The position numbers and the translations under genes were made by a program. Below the pieces are notes generated by a model, which saw only the letters and a program-made list of their open reading frames with translations, searched no databases and was not told the origin of the DNA. Positions 57,232 to 64,000 of a stretch of 64,000 nucleotides of DNA are shown piece after piece (the first letter of the stretch is position 1; every line of letters begins with the position of its first letter). Source of the DNA: an uncultured Vicinamibacteraceae bacterium (GTDB lineage: Bacteria > Acidobacteriota > Vicinamibacteria > Vicinamibacterales > UBA8438); NCBI GenBank assembly GCA_964507425.1, contig CAZDQD010000118.1:9461-73460 (forward strand). Reading direction: 5' to 3'.

Positions 57232-57254
57232 TCAGCTCGTTCATTTTGAGCTGA
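57232..57254 (+). terminator. Second hairpin in the inter-paralog spacer (terminator or attenuator-like)
   Basis: TCAGCTC-gttcatttt-GAGCTGA (7-bp stem) is followed by TCTGCTTTTGTGTC. Confidence 0.35.
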
Positions 57255-57307
57255 TCTGCTTTTGTGTCTGGTAGTCCTATCCGTGTTTTTGGTGGTGAGG
57301 TGAATTA

Positions 57308-57799
57308 ATGACACGTGTCAACGTAGGTCGATGGTCGCTGGTGTTGTGCGGCTTGTTGGTGGCAGCTTGCGTAGGTGTCGGCGTGATTATCGGCATAGTG
57401 ATTACGCCAATGACTGCCTCTGCTCAGGCTGTTAAGACGTTTGAAGCACCGGCAGGCATGATTCTCAATTACGTCGAAAGCGAGCGCACGGCGTCGTTCG
57501 AGGAGGTCATTACACGTCTGGCTGCCGTCATCGCTGAAAGTGAGGAGCCTGAGCTTGTTCGACAGGCGGCCGGGTGGAGAGTTTACAAAGCTCTCGAGCC
57601 AGGGCCGAACAATAATGTGCTGTACGTGTCTTTTATCGATCCGGCTGTGCCGGAAACTGACTACTCCGTTGTCCAGATTCTTAATGAGCAAGTGCCGAAT
57701 GAGGTGCAACAGCTTTATGACACGTTTAACGGGTCTTTCGGCGCTGGACAGTCGCTCATCAATCTTGAGCTCTTCACCGACCTTAGTGGTCTTGAGTGA
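57308..57799 (+). CDS. Small N-terminally anchored/secreted protein of unknown function, paralog B (163 aa)
   Basis: RBS GGTGAGGTGA. The TM or signal segment is WSLVLCGLLVAACVGVGVIIGIVI, followed by ASAQA. It is a distant paralog of 56588..57079. Confidence 0.6.
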   Translation: MTRVNVGRWSLVLCGLLVAACVGVGVIIGIVITPMTASAQAVKTFEAPAGMILNYVESERTASFEEVITRLAAVIAESEEPELVRQAAGWRVYKALEPGPNNNVLYVSFIDPAVPETDYSVVQILNEQVPNEVQQLYDTFNGSFGAGQSLINLELFTDLSGLE

Positions 57800-57801
57800 G
57801 G

Positions 57802-58311
57802 CTAAAACGCGACGTTTAAGCCAGCGTAGATGCGTTGGGGCCGGCGATAGGTCGGTTTGCCACGCAAGGAAAAGACACGGTAATCAAAACGAATTCGGAA
57901 CGGCCCTGCTAGTGAAATCTTAACGCCGCCGCCGATGTTGCTGCCGAAACCGCTTTCCTGTTGTGAGCCTAATCGTTCACGGTAAAGCCCTCCGCCCGTT
58001 GTGGCGTATAGTTGGAACCCGCTGAGGGCGCCGAACGGCGTTTGGGCGAGAATGTTAAACATGCCGGTCTTCAAGGCGGGGGCGCTGCTTGAGAGGTCTT
58101 CTGGGGTATCCGAATATTCAAATTCAAAGCCGACAACGAGAATGGATATGCCGAGGGCTGCGCCCGTTGCTATGCGGTTTACGGGCGTTCGGTTCGGCCC
58201 AATAAAAGCAGTAACGTCTGCGGACGCAGAACTAGCAAGCGATATCAAAAGAAGGGTGAGGATAAGCGACATGCGTAGGGTTTTGGTTTTACTCCGCACC
58301 TTGTTCTTCAT
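57802..58311 (-). CDS. Small outer-membrane beta-barrel protein (OmpA-like/OmpW-like 8-strand class)
   Basis: Signal peptide MKNKVRSKTKTLRMSLILTLLLISLASSASA. Alternating hydrophobic beta-strand pattern with Gly-rich turns (YATTGGGLYRERLG, GSNIGGGVKISL). The C-terminal residue is aromatic (AGLNVAF). The start is uncertain (58350, 58311 or 58272). Confidence 0.65.
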   Translation of the reverse strand: MKNKVRSKTKTLRMSLILTLLLISLASSASADVTAFIGPNRTPVNRIATGAALGISILVVGFEFEYSDTPEDLSSSAPALKTGMFNILAQTPFGALSGFQLYATTGGGLYRERLGSQQESGFGSNIGGGVKISLAGPFRIRFDYRVFSLRGKPTYRRPQRIYAGLNVAF

Positions 58312-58527
58312 TCGCTTGTCGATAAGACAGAACAGTAATCTTTTAACCACGATCCTTGTGCTACATTCTCCACGCTGTTGCAGTATGTTCGCAAAACTAG
58401 AGCGTACTTGTTAATAATTTATGAAGTCATTGTACCGCTGAGTCGTTTTTGGCTGATATGTGATGTTCCGGGTGACGGTGCTAAATTAGGGAGTTCGGTT
58501 AATTCCTGTCTATCTACGGGATCATAA

Positions 58528-59469
58528 ATGGATATTGCTGACCGCGTTCTTCATGGCGATGCCCAGGCTATAGCAAGGGCGATCACGTTGGTAGAACAAC
58601 AAGGATCAGAGGCTAAAGGTCTCATCGCCAAATTACATGAACACACAGGCAACGCTAAGATCGTCGGTTTAACGGGAGCGCCAGGTGTTGGAAAAAGCAC
58701 TTTAGTTAGTCAATTAGTCAAATCTTGGAGGTCCGAATCAAGCAAGGTAGGTGTGATTGCCGTGGATCCAACAAGTCCGTTTACGGGAGGAGCAATACTG
58801 GGCGACCGTATTCGCTTGCAGGAACACGCCTCAGATGGTGGTGTTTTCGTTCGGAGTATGGCAACTCGTGGCCATCTTGGTGGGCTGGCCCCAGCGGTAC
58901 AAGACGCGGTCGTGATCCTTGATGCCGCTGGCAACGACATCGTGGCAATCGAAACTGTTGGAGTCGGTCAGGCAGAGGTAGATGTAAGTCGGACAGCTGA
59001 TGCTTGCATCGTTATTACTGTCCCTGGAACCGGCGATGACGTGCAGGCGATCAAGGCCGGTGTGATGGAAATTGCTGATATTTTTGCCGTTAATAAATCG
59101 GACCGTGATGGAGCCGATCGTGCTGCCGGCGAAATAGAGGCGATGTTAACGCTTCGTTCACCAGAGGACGGCGCGCCACGGCCGTCAGTAGTCAAAGTAT
59201 CTGCGACGCTCGGGCACGGTATTGACTGTTTGATTTCCGCACTCACAGAAGTACTTGCCCGTGATAAGTTCCGCGCTAATCGTGCGCGGGTTCGAGCCCA
59301 GGCGAGATTGGAAGCTGTGTTGAGACGGGAGGTCACATTAGAGATTGAAAAAATTGCATCGTTGGATACGGTTATCGACCGGATTGTAGCTCTCGAGGTT
59401 GATCCATACACTGCGGCCTATGACATGCTTAATGGCGTATTGAGGGATCACAGCGGAAATGAAGGTTAA
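58528..59469 (+). CDS. meaB: Methylmalonyl-CoA mutase-associated G-protein chaperone (MeaB/ArgK family)
   Basis: GLTGAPGVGKSTL (P-loop), AVDPTSPFTGGAILGDRIRL, VFVRSMATRGHLGGL, IETVGVGQ and AVNKSD. Confidence 0.9.
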   Translation: MDIADRVLHGDAQAIARAITLVEQQGSEAKGLIAKLHEHTGNAKIVGLTGAPGVGKSTLVSQLVKSWRSESSKVGVIAVDPTSPFTGGAILGDRIRLQEHASDGGVFVRSMATRGHLGGLAPAVQDAVVILDAAGNDIVAIETVGVGQAEVDVSRTADACIVITVPGTGDDVQAIKAGVMEIADIFAVNKSDRDGADRAAGEIEAMLTLRSPEDGAPRPSVVKVSATLGHGIDCLISALTEVLARDKFRANRARVRAQARLEAVLRREVTLEIEKIASLDTVIDRIVALEVDPYTAAYDMLNGVLRDHSGNEG

Positions 59470-59866
59470 GTTAGATCATATTGGGATAGCGGTTAATGAT
59501 CTTTCTCAGGCGCTAGCGTTTTACAGCGACGCGCTTGGTCTTGAGGTAGAAGATACTGAGACTGTTGAACCACAGGCTGTCCGGGCACATTTCCTTAGCG
59601 TGGGTTCGGCCTCATTGGAGTTATTGGAGGCGACAGACCCGGATTCACCGATCGCGAAATTTGTATCAAAACGTGGTCCAGGCTTGCACCACGTTACATT
59701 TCTGGTTGATGACATTAATGAGGCGATCACTCGCCTTAAGAAACGTGGTGTTCGAATGGTCGATCAAAGTCCGAGGCTCGGTGCGGAGCGCGCTTTAGTG
59801 GCATTTGTTCATCCCAGTAGCGCCCATGGTGTGCTCGTCGAACTAAAACAAGAAGGGAAAGGCTGA
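59459..59866 (+). CDS. mce: Methylmalonyl-CoA epimerase (VOC/glyoxalase fold)
   Basis: KLDHIGIAVNDLSQALAFYSDALGLEV, IAKFVSKRGPGLHHVTFLVDDI, and a C-terminal VAFVHPSSAHGVLVEL. Confidence 0.9.
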   Translation: MKVKLDHIGIAVNDLSQALAFYSDALGLEVEDTETVEPQAVRAHFLSVGSASLELLEATDPDSPIAKFVSKRGPGLHHVTFLVDDINEAITRLKKRGVRMVDQSPRLGAERALVAFVHPSSAHGVLVELKQEGKG

Positions 59867-59875
59867 CCATAGATT

Positions 59876-60748
59876 ATGGTGGCGGAAGAGAAGGTCCGTA
59901 TCGGGATTATCGGCGGGAGTGGGCTTTATGACATGGGTGAGCTTGTCCAACGGGAGGAACGAAAAATTTCAACCCCCTTTGGCGCACCGTCCGCCCCGTA
60001 TTTGGTGGGGCGGCTGCATGGAGAACGAGTCGCATTTCTCGCGCGGCATGGTGTTGGCCATCACATACTGCCGTCGGAACTTAACTTCAGGGCGAATATT
60101 TATGGAATGAAGACTCTGGGTGTTGAGTGGATAATTTCCGCTAGTGCGGTTGGGAGTCTTCAGGAACGGTACAAGCCGACCGATATTGTAGTGCCTGATC
60201 AATTTTTTGATCGTACTCGAGGACGCATTGGTACGTTTTTTGGAAATGGTGTCGTGGCACACGTATCGCTTGCGCGTCCGTTTTGTTCGACGTTAAACAA
60301 GCTGGCTTCGAGTGCCGCGACTGAGGTCGGCGCGACCGTCCACAATGGTGGCACTTACGTCTGTATGGAGGGGCCGCAGTTTTCAACTTTGGCGGAGTCT
60401 CAGCTCTATAGGTCGTGGAAAATGGACATTATCGGAATGACCAACCTCCAAGAGGCCAAGTTGGCGAGGGAGGCAGAGATCTGTTTTTCGACCTTGGCGT
60501 TGGTGACCGACTACGATTGTTGGCATCCTGACCATGACCAGGTGACGGTCGAGATGATCATTGACACACTGCAACAGAATTCCTCGATGGCACAGAGGAT
60601 TATCAGTGAACTCGTTAAAAAATTACCGGTGGATCGCGGATGTGAGTGTGCAACGGCGCTAGCGACTGCGATTATCACGAGGCCGGAGGCAATTCCTGAA
60701 AAAACGCTGGTAGACCTTGCTCCACTGATTGAAAGCTATGTGAAATGA
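59876..60748 (+). CDS. mtnP: S-methyl-5'-thioadenosine phosphorylase
   Basis: [57 protein letters not shown], and [24 protein letters not shown]. Confidence 0.9.
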   Translation: MVAEEKVRIGIIGGSGLYDMGELVQREERKISTPFGAPSAPYLVGRLHGERVAFLARHGVGHHILPSELNFRANIYGMKTLGVEWIISASAVGSLQERYKPTDIVVPDQFFDRTRGRIGTFFGNGVVAHVSLARPFCSTLNKLASSAATEVGATVHNGGTYVCMEGPQFSTLAESQLYRSWKMDIIGMTNLQEAKLAREAEICFSTLALVTDYDCWHPDHDQVTVEMIIDTLQQNSSMAQRIISELVKKLPVDRGCECATALATAIITRPEAIPEKTLVDLAPLIESYVK

Positions 60749-61659
60749 AACGACCGGTTCTTACAGTTGGCTCGGTGGCGTTCGATTCCATTAAAACTCC
60801 TTACGGGGAGGTGTCTCGAGTAGTTGGCGGTGCAGCTACATTCTTTAGCGTTGCGGCTTCTTTTTTTACAGATGTGCGGTTGGTAGCGGTCGTGGGGGAT
60901 GACTTTGGAGAGACTGAACTACAGGTGTTTGGGGGTAGGCGTGTAGACCTTAGTGGGCTCCAGCGTGTTTCTGGTGAGACATTTCGCTGGAAGGGTGAGT
61001 ACGGACGAAATCTTAACAATCGTGAGACGGTCTACACGCACCTCAACGTGTTTGAGAATTTTCATCCTCATATTCCAGAGCCTTTTCGGGCGAGTCCAAT
61101 AGTGTTTTTGGCGAATATTCATCCAGCACTGCAACTTGAGGTTCTTGCGCAAGTCGATTCACCTGAATTTGTTGCGCTCGACACCATGAATATATGGCTT
61201 GAGGGTGCTTTGCCTGAACTTCGTGAGGTGTTAAAAAGAGTTGATGCAATTGTGATTAACGACGCGGAAGCGCGGATGTTGAGTGGCGAAGACAATCTCG
61301 TCAAGGCTGCTCGGTGTATACAGGGAATGGGCCCTTCTCGGGTTGTGATTAAGCTTGGTGAATATGGTGCAGTCATGACGCAAGGTGATGGGTTTTTTGC
61401 TGTGCCGGGTTTTCCTCTGGAGCATGTTCTTGACCCGACAGGTGCCGGTGACACCTTTGCTGGAGGCCTGGTCGGTTATCTGGCTACCGCTGCAAGCTAT
61501 ACGGATACCGTTTTCGCGCGTGCGGTGATTTCCGGAAGCGCCATGGCGTCGCTGTCAGTCGAGGATTTCGGTTTGAGTCGATTGCTCACACTTACGGATG
61601 ACCAAATCAAACAACGTTTTGATTCCTTTAAGCAATTAACCCACTTTGACGTTCTGTAG
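60745..61659 (+). CDS. PfkB-family (ribokinase-like) carbohydrate/nucleoside kinase
   Basis: [12 protein letters not shown] is the anion-hole/catalytic Asp motif, and the VINDAEA block is present. ATGA overlap with mtnP. Confidence 0.85.
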   Translation: MKRPVLTVGSVAFDSIKTPYGEVSRVVGGAATFFSVAASFFTDVRLVAVVGDDFGETELQVFGGRRVDLSGLQRVSGETFRWKGEYGRNLNNRETVYTHLNVFENFHPHIPEPFRASPIVFLANIHPALQLEVLAQVDSPEFVALDTMNIWLEGALPELREVLKRVDAIVINDAEARMLSGEDNLVKAARCIQGMGPSRVVIKLGEYGAVMTQGDGFFAVPGFPLEHVLDPTGAGDTFAGGLVGYLATAASYTDTVFARAVISGSAMASLSVEDFGLSRLLTLTDDQIKQRFDSFKQLTHFDVL

Positions 61660-62167
61660 CAATGGAGTAGTTAGTGTGAGCGGTTCTGGATCAATCCGAG
61701 TGCGGCTCTTGGTTGGACTACTTTTCGGTGCAATTTTGTGGGCTGTTCTACTGATATCGGCCCCGATCATTACGGCAGACTATGATTCAGCGAGTCCTGT
61801 ATTTATTGTAGGTGCAGGAGCCTACGTCGTGGGTGCTATTGTTTGCCACCAGCAGGCCGATCGCTCATTTCGTCTGTCTGAAACTACGTTGGCCGTTTGC
61901 GCACGCTGTACAGGACTCTATGTTGGAGCTGCTGCCGTAGCTCTGATGATGTTGATGTTAGGAGCCTTTCGTAGTCACCGAGGGTGTCGGTGGAAAGATG
62001 CGAGAACATTGCTTATTGTTTCCGCTCTTCCGACGATCGTAAGCGTTCTTGGTGAAACGTTTGGTGTCGTTGACCCGGGTAATTTGATCCGGGCTATCCT
62101 AGGACTGCCTCTGGGTGGAACGGCACTATTTGTGACCGGTGATGTTCTACGAGGGGCGCTAAGCTAG
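61646..62167 (+). CDS. DUF2085-like integral membrane protein
   Basis: CHQQADRSF...CARCTGLYVG is the pattern I associate with DUF2085. There are four or more TM helices. The start is uncertain (TTG 61646 or GTG 61676). Confidence 0.6.
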   Translation: MTFCSNGVVSVSGSGSIRVRLLVGLLFGAILWAVLLISAPIITADYDSASPVFIVGAGAYVVGAIVCHQQADRSFRLSETTLAVCARCTGLYVGAAAVALMMLMLGAFRSHRGCRWKDARTLLIVSALPTIVSVLGETFGVVDPGNLIRAILGLPLGGTALFVTGDVLRGALS

Positions 62168-62175
62168 AGAACATC

Positions 62176-62565
62176 GTGTCGAAGTTTTTGAAGAGGAGCG
62201 GAACGGGGACGACGCTTTTTGTTTGCATCACGGCTTGGCTGTGTCCTGGCGCGGGGCATCTCATGGCGGGTCGGTTTTCAAAGGGTGTGATTTTTTTTGT
62301 GGCTTTGACCCTGATGTTTCTCTGTGGTTTATTGCTGGATGGGGAGCTTTTCGGATTTGATTCTGCTGACCCACTGGTGGCGATGGCAGCGATTGCTGAC
62401 CTTGGTATTGGAGCGCCTTATTTTGTAGCTCGTGTATTTGGTGCTGGTAACGGAAATGTAGTTGCAACGACTTATGAGTACGGAAATTCGTTTTTGATCG
62501 TTTCGGGTCTGCTCAATATGCTCGTGGTGATCGATGTGTTTGATATTACAAAAGGGCGAAAGTAA
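62176..62565 (+). CDS. Small multi-TM membrane protein of unknown function
   Basis: GTG start. WLCPGAGHLMAGRFSKGVIFFVALTLMF is followed by further hydrophobic helices. No confident family. Confidence 0.5.
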   Translation: MSKFLKRSGTGTTLFVCITAWLCPGAGHLMAGRFSKGVIFFVALTLMFLCGLLLDGELFGFDSADPLVAMAAIADLGIGAPYFVARVFGAGNGNVVATTYEYGNSFLIVSGLLNMLVVIDVFDITKGRK

Positions 62566-62572
62566 CTGAGAC

Positions 62573-62749
62573 ATGCTGCCTAGTCACTTCATCTGGATGG
62601 TGGTTTTTTCAGGTTTCGTGTCAATAGTGTTTGCGGTGTTGATGCGTGATAAACCGCCGGAGCAGTTTCGTTTAGGGGTAAGCATATTTCTAGGGTTTGT
62701 CGTTGTTGCTGTACTAGGTACATGGTTTATGTACCCATTCCCACTATGA
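62573..62749 (+). CDS. 58-aa two-TM mini-protein (below the ORF-track cutoff)
   Basis: My own translation is MLPSHFIWMVVFSGFVSIVFAVLMRDKPPEQFRLGVSIFLGFVVVAVLGTWFMYPFPL. Its stop forms an ATGA overlap with the next gene's ATG at 62746. Confidence 0.4.
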   Translation: MLPSHFIWMVVFSGFVSIVFAVLMRDKPPEQFRLGVSIFLGFVVVAVLGTWFMYPFPL

Positions 62750-63150
62750 GTTTTTCTTTCGGCTGGCGACTAACCGGAACAGTCGTAGCGTGGTTGCCGA
62801 GTGTTGTGGTTATGGCTGGCATCTTCGTGGTCTCGAGCATGTCGTCACCTCCGATGTCATCTAATATTCCTGACGTAGGTGCACATGCGGTTGCATATGC
62901 AGTGCTGGGGGCTTCGTTCGTGTGTGGTTTTACGGGAGCGCGTTGGAGACGAGTGACGTTCAAGACGGTGGCCTTAGCTACGGTTTGTGCTTTGGTTTAT
63001 GGTATTTCAGACGAGTTTCATCAGTCATTTGTACCCGGACGGACAGCAGAGTTTCGAGATCTCATCGCTGATTTTTGTGGTGCGGTAGTCGGCACGGGAT
63101 CGACTTTGGTCTGGAGTATAGTGCTGACCAGTCGTGGGAGGGGTCAATGA
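62746..63150 (+). CDS. VanZ-family membrane protein
   Basis: GAHAVAYAVLG...YGISDEFHQSFVPGRTAEFRDLIADFCGAVVG is the characteristic VanZ-like block. ATG at 62746 is preferred over the track start at 62722. Confidence 0.75.
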   Translation: MSFSFGWRLTGTVVAWLPSVVVMAGIFVVSSMSSPPMSSNIPDVGAHAVAYAVLGASFVCGFTGARWRRVTFKTVALATVCALVYGISDEFHQSFVPGRTAEFRDLIADFCGAVVGTGSTLVWSIVLTSRGRGQ

Positions 63151-63926
63151 GTAGCAACCTAGTGGTCGACTATGCCGACGCGATAGCGACCGTCACAATT
63201 AGTCGTCCGCATGTAATGAATGCGGTCGACGTGAATACCTTGAAGGAGTTGGAAAAGCTTGTTGAGCAGCTTGCTGGCGACGACAATGTGAGAGTCGTGA
63301 TATTGACCGGGGCCGGCGACAAGGCTTTCGTGGCTGGTGCAGATATCAGCGAGCTGCAGTTGTTGAGCCCCGACCAGGCGAAGGAGCAATCTCGTTTTGG
63401 CCAGGGTGTCTATTTGGCTCTTGAGCAGATGGGAAAGCCTGTTGTTGCGTCGATCAATGGCTACGCGCTAGGTGCCGGATGTGAACTTGCGATGTCCTGT
63501 ACACTTCGCATCGCTTCGGAGAAAGCATATATGGGGCTTCCGGAGATTACGCTCGGAGTGTTGCCAGGTTATGGAGGCACGCAAAGACTTTCTAGGCTTG
63601 TGGGTCGGGGTCGTGCTTTGGAGATGATGCTAACTGGAAGAGCTATTGCGGCGGAAGAAGCATTGCGTGTCGGACTAGTGAACAAGGTAGTCAGTGCGGA
63701 GGATTTACAGTCGACGTCTTTGGCCGTTGCAAAACAGCTGAGTAAACAAGCTCCAGTGGCCATGAATTTGATATTAACCGCTGTTGCGGAGGGTCTAGAC
63801 ATGACGATGGTTGACGGCTGTTCCCGTGAATCAGAGCTTTTCGCAAAAGCGGCCGAAACAAAAGACTGGAACGAGGGGATTGGTGCCTTTCTTGAAAAAC
63901 GGAAGCCCATCTTTATAGGTTCATGA
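63147..63926 (+). CDS. Enoyl-CoA hydratase (crotonase family)
   Basis: IATVTISRPHVMNAVD, VVILTGAGDKAFVAGADISE, ASINGYALGAGCELAMSC, GLPEITLGVLPGYGGTQRL and EGIGAFLEKRKP. ATG at 63147 overlaps the vanZ-like stop (ATGA). Confidence 0.9.
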   Translation: MSSNLVVDYADAIATVTISRPHVMNAVDVNTLKELEKLVEQLAGDDNVRVVILTGAGDKAFVAGADISELQLLSPDQAKEQSRFGQGVYLALEQMGKPVVASINGYALGAGCELAMSCTLRIASEKAYMGLPEITLGVLPGYGGTQRLSRLVGRGRALEMMLTGRAIAAEEALRVGLVNKVVSAEDLQSTSLAVAKQLSKQAPVAMNLILTAVAEGLDMTMVDGCSRESELFAKAAETKDWNEGIGAFLEKRKPIFIGS

Positions 63927-64000
63927 AAAACGTTTCCGATGACTGTGGGGTGGGCGATGCCGCGGGGTTGAAGTTGGCCTTGGTTGTATCGACCTATCAC
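63923..64000 (+). CDS. 5' fragment of the next gene, possibly 6,7-dimethyl-8-ribityllumazine synthase
   Basis: ATGA overlap with the hydratase stop. It reads MKNVSDDCGVGDAAGLKLALVVSTYH, resembling RibH N-termini (..G.L.a.GlkiaIVvsRFN/ARWH). Only 26 codons are visible. Confidence 0.35.
   Translation, partial: MKNVSDDCGVGDAAGLKLALVVSTYH

Noticed and set aside
1-64000. CRISPR arrays, prophage, transposons, toxin-antitoxin pairs or a defence island anywhere in the window.
   Set aside because: I saw no regularly spaced direct repeats, no cas, integrase, transposase, terminase or capsid-like ORFs, and no nuclease/ATPase/methylase clusters typical of defence systems. Gene content is overwhelmingly core housekeeping.

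Overview
The window is a gene-dense chromosomal segment from a diderm bacterium. I support about 60 CDS and one tRNA, read by eye from the ORF track and the raw sequence.

Most of it is core housekeeping:
- uvrA, uvrC, efp, trpS, scpA-scpB-rluB-cmk-rpsA-ihfB
- valS-nadC-birA-coaX, argS, mobA
- nfeD-SPFH-SPOR-lnt, prfB, a class A PBP
- dnaK-dnaJ-hspR and hemW
- meaB-mce-mtnP and a split B12-dependent acyl-CoA mutase

The prfB gene carries the classical +1 frameshift, which the ORF track splits. A VWFA-related domain of the type common in Acidobacteriota (29319..31412) suggests that lineage or a relative; this is inference only.

I see no transposase, integrase, phage gene, CRISPR array or recognisable defence island. 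I did not find convincing evidence for a wholly new multi-gene system. The observations most worth a second look are:
1. A roughly 1047-aa outer-membrane protein that fuses an HExxH peptidase-like domain and PD40/TolB-like repeats to an Omp85-type barrel.
2. An untracked 56-codon RHH-like ORF coupled to ftsB, with a 9-mer repeat operator candidate.
3. An acyl-CoA mutase with the Phe/Gln (isobutyryl-CoA mutase type) signature rather than the methylmalonyl type.
4. A zinc-ribbon DnaC/DnaI-like AAA+ gene lying between the dnaK-dnaJ-hspR genes and hemW.
5. Two divergent tandem paralogs of a small anchored protein next to a small beta-barrel OMP.
6. Several conserved-looking proteins of unknown function.

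All family assignments are motif recognition by eye, not database hits. Start codons are best guesses.
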